From NCBI GenBank assembly GCA_025774555.1, contig JALGVT010000003.1:72654-136653 (forward strand): a stretch of 64,000 nt of DNA. The letters run 5' to 3'. Below are positions 28,945 to 39,062 of this stretch, piece after piece (position 1 is the first letter of the stretch; the number at the start of each line of letters is the position of its first letter). Below the pieces are notes generated by a model. That model saw only the letters and a program-made list of their open reading frames with translations, had not been told where the DNA came from and made no database searches. The translations under genes were made by a program, and so were the position numbers. The stretch is from a candidate division LCP-89 bacterium. GTDB lineage: Bacteria; Electryoneota; B3-LCP.

Positions 28945-31347
28945 TTGTCTATGAATACGATGAAATACGCCAAAGCTGTTTTTGCTTTATTACTGCTCCT
29001 CCTATCTATATCCAGCGCATCTGGACAGGCGGGGCGCGTTCGTTTGATTGGTCTGACCGTTGAAGGCGCGCTGACGGCTGACGAAGGACTCATCCGCGCA
29101 AACTCGGGGCTGATTGTCGGATCTGAAATCGGCGGAGATGAAATTCAGCTCGCCATTAAGCAGATCTGGAAACTCGGACTCTTTTCCGATATCAGAATTG
29201 TGATAGAGCAGGAAGTTCCACAGGGAATCTTTCTCAAGATCGTCGTTGAAGAATATCCGAGATTGGAGAAGATCGAAATATCTGGCAACAAGAAATTGAA
29301 ACAGGACGAAATAGAGGAGATTCTCGATTTCTATCCCGGACAGATTCTCCGTTCAGAACAGGTATTGAGCGCCAGGAATCTTCTGCTGGACAAATATGCA
29401 GAGAAGGGCTACCTGCTCGCTGAAATAGAGACAGAGACGTTTCGCAGCGAAGAGAGCGGCAAGATTGTTCTGAAGATAGATATCGAAGAGCACAAAAAGG
29501 TAAAGATTAAAGAAATCACTTTCCATGGCAATGAGCATCATGATAAAACAGGCGTATGGTTTCCTGCATCGCTGGTTAACTGGTCTGTAGAGTGGCTGGT
29601 ATTGGATGATCCCTTCACATCGGGTAAACTGCGCGGTAAAATGAAGAATACCAAGCAGAAGAATCTATTCAGATCTGGTGAGTTCAGTGAGGATGGTTTC
29701 GATGAAGACCTGGCAAGTCTGATAGATCATTACAAGAACTACGGTTATCGTGACGCCACTGTTATTGCGGATTCAGTGAGGTACAGCGAAAATAATCGGC
29801 TGCTGTATATCGACGTCTGGATCGATGAAGGCACCTTATATACCTTTGGTGAACTGACATTCTCGGATAATACACTCTATACGGACGATGAACTGAGAGA
29901 AAAGCTGCTTTTTGAAGAAGGCGACCTGTACAGCAAGGAGAAACTTGATCGAAGCGTGCAGGAGAACCTGACCAACCTTTACTATGACCGCGGCTATATT
30001 TACGCCAATGTATCGCCGGTGGAAGTCCCTTCCGGCGACGATAAAGTCAACGTCCATTTCCGGGTTTTTGAGGGTAACGAGTTCACAGTCCGACGCATCA
30101 ATATCGAAGGAAACACGAAAACTCATGAAAAGGTCATCCGGCGGGAATTCGTCCTTAATCCCGGTGATACTTTCAACGTTTCTAAATTGCGCCGCTCAGC
30201 CCGTGAAGTGACGATCCTGAACTATTTCTCCAATATCATCCCCGACGTCCAGCCGGTTAATGATGAGGAAGTTGATCTCTTTATAAAGGTCGAAGAAAAA
30301 TCGACCGACCAGATACAGACTTCCGCCGGCTATTCTGAACGCGACGGTATGATCGGTTCCTTAGGTTTTACTATGCCCAACCTGTTCGGAACGGGCAAAA
30401 GGTTCAGCATGGATTGGCAGTTTGGTCGTATCTACCGCACTTTCTCAGTCAATCTGACGGAACCGTGGCTCTGGGATACTCCCACTCTGGTAGGCTTGAG
30501 TTTTTTTGATACACGGCGTGGTGGCAGCTATTACGGATTCAACGAGAACATTATCGGTGGCTCTTTGCGTGTGGGCAGAGAACTACGCTGGCCCGATGAT
30601 TACTTCCGGATCGACTGGATCTACCGCCTTGAACGGGCATTATACACCGGTTTCAGCTCATCATTCACACTGTATAACCCTCGAAACCTGCAAGAAGATG
30701 AACCGCGCATTTCTTCAGGTTTGACAACAATCCTTACCAGGGACTCGAGAGATAATCCGGAATTCCCCTCTTCCGGTTCCGTAAATCGATACTCGGTAGA
30801 AGTGGCGGGCGGTCCTTTTTACGGCGACGACCAGTATCACAAGCATATTTTCACGTCTCAGTGGTATTCGCCAATCTTTAAATCGCTGGTGCTCTACACC
30901 GATACCGAAATGGGAATTGTAGCAAACCTGACAGACGATGATCAAGCTGTGCCTTACATAGAACACTTCTTCATGGGTGGTTCGGGGCTTTCGCTCGGCA
31001 CAGCCCTGCGAGGCTACGATGAGCGGGTTGTCGGTCCGCAAAGCGGCGGTTATGCGGTCGGCGGCAAGACCATGTTCAAGCAGTCCATGGAACTCCGTCT
31101 CCCTGTTGTCTATAATCCCACGATTTTCCTGCTCGGTTTTGCCGAAGCCGGTAACGTGTGGTACAACTTTGAATCGACCGACGTCTTCGACCTCAGACGT
31201 TCAGTTGGTCTGGGCATCAGGCTCTATATGCCTATGATCGGACTGATCGGGCTCGATTACGGTTACGGCTTTGATAATCCTGATCCTGTCACAGGTGAAT
31301 TAAAAGGCGAATGGATTCCACACTTCCAGTTTGGCAGAGGTTTCTAA
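28945..31347 (+). CDS. bamA: Outer membrane protein assembly factor BamA (TTG start; ATG alternatives at 28951 and 28960)
   Basis: Signal peptide, POTRA-like repeats (RINIEGNTKTHEKVIRREF), Omp85 barrel, terminal ...FQFGRGF with C-terminal Phe. Confidence 0.9.
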   Translation: MSMNTMKYAKAVFALLLLLLSISSASGQAGRVRLIGLTVEGALTADEGLIRANSGLIVGSEIGGDEIQLAIKQIWKLGLFSDIRIVIEQEVPQGIFLKIVVEEYPRLEKIEISGNKKLKQDEIEEILDFYPGQILRSEQVLSARNLLLDKYAEKGYLLAEIETETFRSEESGKIVLKIDIEEHKKVKIKEITFHGNEHHDKTGVWFPASLVNWSVEWLVLDDPFTSGKLRGKMKNTKQKNLFRSGEFSEDGFDEDLASLIDHYKNYGYRDATVIADSVRYSENNRLLYIDVWIDEGTLYTFGELTFSDNTLYTDDELREKLLFEEGDLYSKEKLDRSVQENLTNLYYDRGYIYANVSPVEVPSGDDKVNVHFRVFEGNEFTVRRINIEGNTKTHEKVIRREFVLNPGDTFNVSKLRRSAREVTILNYFSNIIPDVQPVNDEEVDLFIKVEEKSTDQIQTSAGYSERDGMIGSLGFTMPNLFGTGKRFSMDWQFGRIYRTFSVNLTEPWLWDTPTLVGLSFFDTRRGGSYYGFNENIIGGSLRVGRELRWPDDYFRIDWIYRLERALYTGFSSSFTLYNPRNLQEDEPRISSGLTTILTRDSRDNPEFPSSGSVNRYSVEVAGGPFYGDDQYHKHIFTSQWYSPIFKSLVLYTDTEMGIVANLTDDDQAVPYIEHFFMGGSGLSLGTALRGYDERVVGPQSGGYAVGGKTMFKQSMELRLPVVYNPTIFLLGFAEAGNVWYNFESTDVFDLRRSVGLGIRLYMPMIGLIGLDYGYGFDNPDPVTGELKGEWIPHFQFGRGF

Positions 31348-31426
31348 AGCACAGATAAAACTACCTTAATACAATCTAAAATCAATTCGTAGTATCCTGA
31401 AATAATGTAAGGTATATGAGGTTCTA

Positions 31427-31942
31427 ATGCGTACAAAAATTACAATCTGCATTGCCGTTATTCTGTCCGTTGCAGCAGCGGCATTTGCCAAAGATTTAAA
31501 AATCGGGTATATCCATTCGCAGCGCATCTTGAGCGAATTTCAAGAATCGACTGAAGCTCAGCAAACGCTCGACGATGAGCAAAGAGAATGGATGGAGCAG
31601 GCAAAACAGATGGAAGAGGAGATCACAGATCTCGAAAACGAGCTGGAAAACCAGAGTCTTCTGACGTCGGAGGAAAAAAGAGCAGAACGTTTGCAGTTGA
31701 TTCAGGAAAAATATCTCGAGTATCAACGATTTCAACAGGAAATCTGGGGTGAGAACGGCACACTGTACCAGCGAAACGAAGAGCTTACCAAACCTATTAT
31801 CGACAAAGTCAATGTCATTATCCAGAAAATCGGCGAAGACTATGAATATGACTTCATTTTCGACGCTGCGCTCGGCAATATGGTCTATGCCAAAGATGAT
31901 TACGATATTACCGATCTGATTCTGGAAGATCTGAACGAGTGA
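31427..31942 (+). CDS. skp: Periplasmic chaperone Skp/OmpH
   Basis: Signal peptide, then KIGYIHSQRILSEFQES... and a Glu/Gln-rich coiled coil; conserved position between bamA and lpxD. Confidence 0.8.
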   Translation: MRTKITICIAVILSVAAAAFAKDLKIGYIHSQRILSEFQESTEAQQTLDDEQREWMEQAKQMEEEITDLENELENQSLLTSEEKRAERLQLIQEKYLEYQRFQQEIWGENGTLYQRNEELTKPIIDKVNVIIQKIGEDYEYDFIFDAALGNMVYAKDDYDITDLILEDLNE

Positions 31943-31946
31943 GACG

Positions 31947-32987
31947 ATGATAATCAAAGCTCGTGAGTTGGCTTCGATGCTGGGGGGAAAGCTGGAGGGC
32001 GATCCCGAGGTGGAAGTCTCCGACGTCGCAAAAATCGAAGAGGCGAAACCCGGAGACGTCAGCTTTCTCGCTAATCCGAAGTATGAACACTACTTAAGCT
32101 CCACTGGCGCTTCTATCGTCCTCGTTTCTGAATCGCAGGAAACCCCTACAGGGAACTATATCAGAATAGCTGATCCGTACATGGCTTTTGCGAAGCTATT
32201 GATTTTTTTTCACCCCCCGGAAGAGCCGCCTGAAGTAGGCGTTCATACGACCGCGTTTATCGATCAAGATGTGCAGATGGGTGACAAGATTCGCATTGCT
32301 CCCAATGTGGTAGTCGGTAAGAGTTGTATAATAGGAGATAATGTGACTCTATATCCCGGAGTCGTTATCGGTGATCGTGTGACGATAGGGAAAGATACCA
32401 CCATTCGAGCAGGTGTGTCGATACGAATAGATGTACGAGTCGGGCAACGTGTGGTTATTCAGGATAATGCAGTAATCGGTTCTGATGGTTTCGGTTTTGC
32501 GCCTAAACAGGAAGGCGATTATGCGAAGATCCCACAGGTCGGCACGGTCATTATAGAGGATGACGTGGAGATTGGCGCAGGATGTACAATCGACCGCGCC
32601 ACGCTGGGATCGACTGTAATTCAGAGAGGGACGAAACTCGATAATCTCATTCAGGTAGCTCACAACGTGGTGATAGGGGAAAATACCGTAATCGCGGCAC
32701 AAACCGGTATTTCCGGATCAGTGAAAATCGGCAGAGGCTGTATGATCGGCGGGCAGGTAGGCTTTGCCGGACATATCGACATCGGTGATGATTCCAAGAT
32801 CGGAGCCCAGTCAGGGTTATCCAAATCTTTCCCCGACGGATCCGTTCTGTTCGGAACGCCTGCCCAGGATTTGAAGCGAGAATTTCGCACCAAAGCAGCA
32901 CTGAATAAACTGCCAGAGTTAACCCGCACTGTTCATCGCCTCGAAAAAGAGATCGAAGAGCTTCGCAGAAAATCGGAAGACAAATAA
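31947..32987 (+). CDS. lpxD: UDP-3-O-acylglucosamine N-acyltransferase
   Basis: LpxD N-terminal domain followed by hexapeptide repeats and a C-terminal helix. Confidence 0.9.
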   Translation: MIIKARELASMLGGKLEGDPEVEVSDVAKIEEAKPGDVSFLANPKYEHYLSSTGASIVLVSESQETPTGNYIRIADPYMAFAKLLIFFHPPEEPPEVGVHTTAFIDQDVQMGDKIRIAPNVVVGKSCIIGDNVTLYPGVVIGDRVTIGKDTTIRAGVSIRIDVRVGQRVVIQDNAVIGSDGFGFAPKQEGDYAKIPQVGTVIIEDDVEIGAGCTIDRATLGSTVIQRGTKLDNLIQVAHNVVIGENTVIAAQTGISGSVKIGRGCMIGGQVGFAGHIDIGDDSKIGAQSGLSKSFPDGSVLFGTPAQDLKREFRTKAALNKLPELTRTVHRLEKEIEELRRKSEDK

Positions 32988-32988
32988 T

Positions 32989-34392
32989 ATGCTTCAAAAA
33001 CAGCGCACGATTCAGAGCTCTATGTCTTGTTCAGGAATCGGACTTCACACAGGCGCCCCCTGCTCATTGACTTTCCATCCTGCTCCAGTCGGGCATGGCA
33101 TTCAGTTCAAACGGCTTGACATCCCCAATTCCGTTCCGATTCCAGCTATAATCGACAACGTCGTCGATATTTCCCGGGGAACGATAATCGGGATGAATGA
33201 CATTAAAATCTACACCGTAGAGCACGTACTCGCCGCCCTGGCTGGACTCGAGATCGACAACGTATTGATCGAATTGACCGCCAGCGAACCGCCCGTCTGC
33301 GATGGTTCGGCTCTCCCCTTTATTGAAGTGCTTCAAAAAGCGGGATTCGAGGAGCAGGATGCTCCGAAGGAATACCTCGAGATCGATCAGACCATTATCT
33401 ATCACAACGAAGAGAAGGGCATTGACCTCGTCGTGGTGCCCGCGCCAGCATTCCGCATTACTTACATGATTGATTATAAGAATCCGGCGCTGGGGACACA
33501 GTACACTTCCTTATATGATCTTCAGGAGGAGTTTGTAAAAGATTTCGCTGCGGCGCGCACTTTCTGTTTTCTCTCCGAAGTGGAAATGTTGAAGGATAAC
33601 GATCTCATCAAAGGTGGCGGCATCGACAATGCCGTGGTCTTCGTGGACAGGGAAGTCGATTCATCTGAACTGGAACGGCTCAAGTCGCTTTTTGCCATGA
33701 CTTCTGACGTTATTGTCGGAGCTAATGGGATTCTCAATGGTCGTGAGTTGCGATACTATAACGAGCCTGTGCGGCATAAAACGCTCGATCTAATCGGTGA
33801 TCTTGCTCTTCTCGGATTCCCGATTCAGGGACATGTTTTAGCTGCGCGCGCCGGACACGCCGCGCACGTTGAGTTAGTGCGGATGCTACGGAAAGAATAC
33901 GAAAAGAAGAAATTAATCCGCGCCTATCGCGGTAAAACCTCCGCTGATGTAATTTTCGATTCTGCGGCGATTGCCAGAATTCTGCCGCATCGCTATCCCT
34001 TCCTGCTGGTCGATAAAATCGTCGATCTGTCTCCCGGCGAAAAAGTATGCGGCGTCAAGAGCGTTACCATTAACGAGCCGTTTTTCCAGGGGCATTTCCC
34101 CGGATACCCGATTATGCCAGGTGTGCTGGTCATCGAAGCTCTGGGTCAAGCAGGAGGCGTTTTATTGCTGAACTCAGTCGAGAATCCTGAGGGCAAACTG
34201 GTTTTCTTCACAGGGATGGATAAGGTGCGATTCAGAAAACCGGTTGTGCCGGGAGATCAACTCTATCTTAAGGTTGAACTGGATTTCTTTCGTCGGGGGA
34301 TATGCAAAATGCGCGGCAAAGCGCTGGTTAACGACGTTGTTGTGGCTGAAGCGGAAATGACTGCGGTTGTGCGCGACAAGGAGGCTTCATGA
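32989..34392 (+). CDS. lpxC/fabZ: Bifunctional UDP-3-O-acyl-GlcNAc deacetylase / 3-hydroxyacyl-ACP dehydratase (LpxC-FabZ fusion)
   Basis: N-terminal half is LpxC (SGIGLHTGAPCSLTFHPA...HAAHVELVRML). C-terminal half is FabZ (HRYPFLLVDKIVDL...GHFPGYPIMPGVLVIEALGQAGG). Confidence 0.9.
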   Translation: MLQKQRTIQSSMSCSGIGLHTGAPCSLTFHPAPVGHGIQFKRLDIPNSVPIPAIIDNVVDISRGTIIGMNDIKIYTVEHVLAALAGLEIDNVLIELTASEPPVCDGSALPFIEVLQKAGFEEQDAPKEYLEIDQTIIYHNEEKGIDLVVVPAPAFRITYMIDYKNPALGTQYTSLYDLQEEFVKDFAAARTFCFLSEVEMLKDNDLIKGGGIDNAVVFVDREVDSSELERLKSLFAMTSDVIVGANGILNGRELRYYNEPVRHKTLDLIGDLALLGFPIQGHVLAARAGHAAHVELVRMLRKEYEKKKLIRAYRGKTSADVIFDSAAIARILPHRYPFLLVDKIVDLSPGEKVCGVKSVTINEPFFQGHFPGYPIMPGVLVIEALGQAGGVLLLNSVENPEGKLVFFTGMDKVRFRKPVVPGDQLYLKVELDFFRRGICKMRGKALVNDVVVAEAEMTAVVRDKEAS

Positions 34393-35156
34393 ACATTCAT
34401 CCAACGGCTATCGTAGATCCAAAAGCCGAACTCGCTGAAGACATTGAGGTAGCGCCTTTTGCCATCGTTGAGGCGGACGTTGAAATCGGCGCTGGATCTT
34501 CAATTGGACCTCATGCTTTGATTGCTGCTGGAACCAGGATGGGGCGTGAAGTCAGAATCTTTAACGGAGCCGTAATCGGGACGGTACCGCAGGATTTGAA
34601 GTTCGGAGGCGAAAAGTCTCTGGCCGTAATCGGTGACAGGACTATGGTGCGTGAATTCGCGACAGTCAACCGCGGCACTGAAGCCACAGGCAAAACCGTC
34701 GTCGGCTCCGATTGTCTCCTTATGGCATACTCCCACATCGCTCATGATTGCGTGCTGGAAGATAAAGTAATCTTGGCTAACGCAGTCAACTTAGCGGGAC
34801 ATATATCCATCGGAGAACACGCTATTTTAGGCGGAATTGTCCCTGTACATCAATTCGTGCGGATTGGTAGACACGCCTTTATCGCTGGCGGGTATCGTGT
34901 CCCCAAAGACGTTCCACCTTACGTTCTCGCTGCCAACGAGCCAATGAGATATTCAGGTTTGAATAGCATAGGCTTAAAACGGAGTGGTTTTTCAACTGAT
35001 ACAATCGTTGCGATAAAGAGAGCTTACAAGTTGATCTATCTTTCTGACCTTAACGTTTCACAGGGCATCAAGAGAATTAAAGACGAGATGGAACTCATCC
35101 CGGAAATTCAACATATCATCGAATTTATCGAGAGCACTAAGCGGGGGGTCATCTAA
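34389..35156 (+). CDS. lpxA: Acyl-ACP--UDP-N-acetylglucosamine O-acyltransferase
   Basis: MNIHPTAIVDPKAELAEDIEVAPFAIVE plus hexapeptide repeats and a C-terminal helical domain. Confidence 0.9.
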   Translation: MNIHPTAIVDPKAELAEDIEVAPFAIVEADVEIGAGSSIGPHALIAAGTRMGREVRIFNGAVIGTVPQDLKFGGEKSLAVIGDRTMVREFATVNRGTEATGKTVVGSDCLLMAYSHIAHDCVLEDKVILANAVNLAGHISIGEHAILGGIVPVHQFVRIGRHAFIAGGYRVPKDVPPYVLAANEPMRYSGLNSIGLKRSGFSTDTIVAIKRAYKLIYLSDLNVSQGIKRIKDEMELIPEIQHIIEFIESTKRGVI

Positions 35157-35160
35157 CAAT

Positions 35161-35952
35161 ATGACCGGTCGCTTGGTATTCGATTCAGCGCGTAATGGCG
35201 CTTTTAACATGGCGGCTGACAGCTATCTTGCATATGAATCGCGTAAAAGATGTATGCCAGCGTTGCGTTTGTACAGATGGAAATTGCCCACGTTGTCTCT
35301 GGGTTTTCACCAGAAGCTCTCAGAATCTGTTTTAGAAAAATGCGGTAGTATGGGTGTGCCGGTTGTGCGGCGTCCAACCGGCGGCAGAGCAGTTTTGCAT
35401 GACCATGAACTGACTTATTGTTTGACGCTGCCAGAAGACCACGTTATATTCAAGAACAGCCGCGGCGATCTACTCAAAGAGATTGGTTCCATATTTGTTT
35501 TAGCTGCTGAGAAAGCTGGATTAAATGCTCAGTTGGTACGCGCTGGCAGCAGAGATGAATCGCCGAGTGATGCCTTGAAGAGAGGAAGTCCGCTCTGTTT
35601 TGATGCTGTCTCGAGATGGGAAGTGCAGCTTTCAGGCAAGAAATGGATCGGATCCGCGCAACGGTTTCTACCCGGGGTGTTGTTACAGCATGGGTCGATT
35701 CTGCTGGGCAAAAGTGAAGTGGATATAGCAAGACTCTTTAATCTGCGGGGATCAACCGATAGAGAGCTGTCCATTTCCGATGATCAGAGGTTAAGACTAC
35801 AGGAAGCGATCCCAAAGGCGTTCAGTGATTACTGGGGAATTGACTGGATCGAATCATCGTTTGACAGCGCTGAAATAAAAGCAATTAAATCGACAGCGGA
35901 CAATTACAGTATTTTAGATCTGAAGGATAGCAGACATCGTAAGTCTGCATAG
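35161..35952 (+). CDS. Lipoate/biotin protein ligase family (BPL_LplA_LipB catalytic domain) protein
   Basis: RLYRWKLPTLSLGFHQ and VVRRPTGGRAVLHDHELTY resemble the LplA motif RRxSGGGAVxHD. Confidence 0.65.
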   Translation: MTGRLVFDSARNGAFNMAADSYLAYESRKRCMPALRLYRWKLPTLSLGFHQKLSESVLEKCGSMGVPVVRRPTGGRAVLHDHELTYCLTLPEDHVIFKNSRGDLLKEIGSIFVLAAEKAGLNAQLVRAGSRDESPSDALKRGSPLCFDAVSRWEVQLSGKKWIGSAQRFLPGVLLQHGSILLGKSEVDIARLFNLRGSTDRELSISDDQRLRLQEAIPKAFSDYWGIDWIESSFDSAEIKAIKSTADNYSILDLKDSRHRKSA

Positions 35953-36008
35953 ACAATATGGTATGGTTGAATACGAATTACACTCCAAGCTACTAATCAG
36001 GAGGGATC

Positions 36009-36794
36009 ATGAAGCGTTGCACACCCATTATCTTGTTGCTGGTCATTGTATTTTGTGCATCTCAAGTGATAGCACAGGATGACAACAACCTGTTCGATGA
36101 GATTAAAGAATATGCCGAAGCCGAAGCAGAAGAGGCATTGTCGCCGGTTGTTCAAGCCTTTGGCACAGGTGTAACCGGTGGTTTGTATAACACAGCAAAG
36201 ACCCACGGCGTGCTCGGTTTCGATGTTGGAGTCAGAGCCATGATGGTGACGATATCTAATGGCGAGGGCGTTCTGGATTCTGTTGACATCTCGATGTTCC
36301 CTGTCCCTGTCATACAGGCTTCAGTAGGTCTTCCGATGGATTTTGAGGTGATGGTTCGCGGCTTTGGCGCTAAATTCGATGATGAAACAATTTCGCTTTT
36401 CGGTGTCGGTGTGAAGAAGAACTTCAATCACCTGATTCCCGTGCCGGCTTTCCCGGACGTCTCCGCTATGATAGCATATCACAAATTCAAGGGAAGCGAT
36501 ATTTTAACATCTTCCCACCTGAGCTTCGATTTAATGGTTTCAAAGAGCTTTGTAATTGTTACACCGTATGCAGGATTCGGGATTGACAGACATTCGATGG
36601 ATATTGAATACACATGGGTTGATCCTTATAATGTCCTACCTGATGAAAATCTAGATCTGAGTATCAAAGAAACGACGACCAGGTTGACGCTGGGATTGAA
36701 TGTTACTCCATTCCCCTTCGTGAAGCTATTTGCTGATTACAATATAGGCAAGTTCTCGGAAATCACAGCCGGTCTTGCGGTGAGCATCAGATAG
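36009..36794 (+). CDS. Hypothetical secreted or outer-membrane protein
   Basis: Signal peptide MKRCTPIILLLVIVFCASQVIAQD; beta-rich; no recognisable motif. Confidence 0.5.
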   Translation: MKRCTPIILLLVIVFCASQVIAQDDNNLFDEIKEYAEAEAEEALSPVVQAFGTGVTGGLYNTAKTHGVLGFDVGVRAMMVTISNGEGVLDSVDISMFPVPVIQASVGLPMDFEVMVRGFGAKFDDETISLFGVGVKKNFNHLIPVPAFPDVSAMIAYHKFKGSDILTSSHLSFDLMVSKSFVIVTPYAGFGIDRHSMDIEYTWVDPYNVLPDENLDLSIKETTTRLTLGLNVTPFPFVKLFADYNIGKFSEITAGLAVSIR

Positions 36795-36819
36795 GCGAAA
36801 CATTTCAGGAAGTGTTCAG

Positions 36820-37980
36820 ATGAAAAACGTTGCTATATTAGGTTCGACTGGCTCTATCGGCAGAAGTACCTTAGACGTCATCAAGCAACTGGGCGATGAA
36901 TTCAGGGTTATCAGCCTTGCCGCGCGCTCTCAGATCGACCGGTTAGTCGATCAGGCGAGAGACTTTTCACCGGTGCGGCTCGCAGTTGCCAATCCTGAGT
37001 CTGAGCGGGACGTTCGCAGCCTTCTCGGTGAAAATGGGTGTGATATTTTCTCAGGTACTGAAGCCCTGGTTGAACTAGCGAAAGACCCCGACGCGGATAT
37101 AGTTGTGAACGCTCTTGTCGGAGCAGTCGGACTGCGCGCCACTCTGGCAGCCTTGGAAGCGGGTAAAATCGTGGCGTTGGCGAACAAGGAGAGCATTGTC
37201 ATGGCTGGCGTTTTGGTGATGCAGGCTGTCGCCGAGAGTGAAGGTTGGTTAGTTCCGATTGATTCTGAACATTCTGCCGTTTTACAATGCTTACGCGGAG
37301 AAGATCCGACTCAAGTGAAACAGTTACTCCTGACTGCTTCCGGTGGACCTTTTCTGCGCAGACCAATTGACAGTTTTGCCAGTATCACACCCGAAGAAGC
37401 CTTGAAACATCCCAACTGGGAGATGGGACCCAAGATTACCATAGACAGCGCTACTTTGATGAACAAGGGATTGGAAGTTATCGAAGCACACTATCTCTTC
37501 GATCTGCCTCCGGAAAAGATCAAGGTAGTGGTTCATCCGCAATCCATTGTTCATTCAATGGTTGAGTTTGTCGATGGTTCAATTAAAGCGCAGCTATCTC
37601 AGCCGGATATGCGCGTTCCCATTCAGTATGCGTTGACCTATCCCGACAGATTCCAGGCTGATTTCGTCTCGTTTGATCTGTCACAGATCGGATCTTTAGA
37701 ATTTGAAGAGCCGGATATTGAAAAATTCAAGTGCTTGAAATTAGCCTGTCAGAGTCTTGATCAAGGGAATGGGTATCCAACGGCGCTGAATGCTGCCAAT
37801 GAAATCGCCGTCGAGGCATTCCTCGAAAAGCGAATCAGATTCGATCAGATTGCCAAATTAAACGAAAGCGTGCTTACTGCCTTTAACTCTCCTGATTCAT
37901 TCGATCTTGACGCCGTTTTACAGGTCGATGACTGGGCGAGGCAGTGGTGCCGCGAACAGATAAAATCAATAAATAAATAA
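36820..37980 (+). CDS. dxr: 1-deoxy-D-xylulose 5-phosphate reductoisomerase
   Basis: VAILGSTGSIGRSTLDV NADPH-binding N-terminus and a typical length of 386 aa. Confidence 0.9.
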   Translation: MKNVAILGSTGSIGRSTLDVIKQLGDEFRVISLAARSQIDRLVDQARDFSPVRLAVANPESERDVRSLLGENGCDIFSGTEALVELAKDPDADIVVNALVGAVGLRATLAALEAGKIVALANKESIVMAGVLVMQAVAESEGWLVPIDSEHSAVLQCLRGEDPTQVKQLLLTASGGPFLRRPIDSFASITPEEALKHPNWEMGPKITIDSATLMNKGLEVIEAHYLFDLPPEKIKVVVHPQSIVHSMVEFVDGSIKAQLSQPDMRVPIQYALTYPDRFQADFVSFDLSQIGSLEFEEPDIEKFKCLKLACQSLDQGNGYPTALNAANEIAVEAFLEKRIRFDQIAKLNESVLTAFNSPDSFDLDAVLQVDDWARQWCREQIKSINK

Positions 37981-37991
37981 CAGAATTCAGA

Positions 37992-39062
37992 ATGCTCTTA
38001 ACTATAGCTGCTTTTATCGTTGTTCTGGGCGTAATTATTTTTGTCCACGAATTGGGGCATTTCATCGCCGCCAAATTGGTGGGGATTCGTGTCGAAACAT
38101 TCTCACTCGGTTTTCCGCCCAAAATGATATCAAAGAAGATCGGGGAGACGGAATACGTCATTGCCTGGATTCCGCTGGGCGGATACGTCAAAATGACAGG
38201 CATGATCGATGAAGGCTTAGAGGATAAACCGTTAACAGGCGCTCCGTGGGAGTTTATGTCGAAATCCTTCCTGCAGAAAGCATTCGTCATTACTGCCGGC
38301 GTCATGATGAATTTTCTCCTGGGCATTCTGGTGTTTTTCTTCCTGACGCTGCACGTAGGAGCGCCGGTTACCAGCGACGAACCGTTGGTCGGTTATGCGG
38401 TGACAGATTTTCCCGCCGCTGAAGCAGGCATGGTGATAGGCGACCGGATTATCGCTATTGACAGTGACAGCATTCTTACCTGGCAGAATCTGGTTGACGC
38501 CGTTCACCCCCGGGCAGGCGACAGCGTGACCGTTGCCTGGATGCATGATGGCGAAATACATACTGCTTTGATGGCGCCGGTACAATCCGAATACGTTTCG
38601 GGTGACAGCGTGGTGTCATTTGGTCGAATCGGAATCAATCCGAAAGTGGAATTTCATAAGGTTGGACTGTTCCAATCGGCTGTCCACGGAATCAATCTTA
38701 CTGGATATATCATCACAGAAAGTCTGAAGATGATAAAGATGCTGATTTTCGGCGAAGCGAGCATCGAGGGTTTGGCAGGTCCTATTGGTATTGCGCAAAT
38801 TTCCGGTCAGTCGATCCGCTCTGGGTTTGTTGAGTATCTATCACTCATTGCACAGGTATCAATCAGCATCGGCTTGTTGAACATTATGCCGTTTCCTGTG
38901 CTGGATGGCAGTCACCTGGTTTTTGTGTCAATAGAAGCTGTTATCCGGCGACCCATTCCAACTAAGATTAAGATGAACATTCAGAAAGTGGGATTGGCGT
39001 TATTATTGGCTTTATTCCTATTGATTAGTTACAATGATATCATAAGGATATTCACAGGCTAA
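37992..39062 (+). CDS. rseP: RIP metalloprotease RseP (site-2 protease)
   Basis: HELGHFIAAKLVGI (HExxH within the first transmembrane helix), a PDZ-like middle region and C-terminal LDGSHL. Confidence 0.85.
   Translation: MLLTIAAFIVVLGVIIFVHELGHFIAAKLVGIRVETFSLGFPPKMISKKIGETEYVIAWIPLGGYVKMTGMIDEGLEDKPLTGAPWEFMSKSFLQKAFVITAGVMMNFLLGILVFFFLTLHVGAPVTSDEPLVGYAVTDFPAAEAGMVIGDRIIAIDSDSILTWQNLVDAVHPRAGDSVTVAWMHDGEIHTALMAPVQSEYVSGDSVVSFGRIGINPKVEFHKVGLFQSAVHGINLTGYIITESLKMIKMLIFGEASIEGLAGPIGIAQISGQSIRSGFVEYLSLIAQVSISIGLLNIMPFPVLDGSHLVFVSIEAVIRRPIPTKIKMNIQKVGLALLLALFLLISYNDIIRIFTG

Noticed and set aside
31496-31957. 153-aa minus-strand ORF antisense to skp (also 1152..1409, 6540..6914, 10809..11360, 27625..27978 and other antisense ORFs inside large plus-strand genes)
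   Set aside because: Each lies entirely within a well-supported gene on the other strand, has low-complexity or biased composition and no recognisable motifs. They are typical shadow ORFs.
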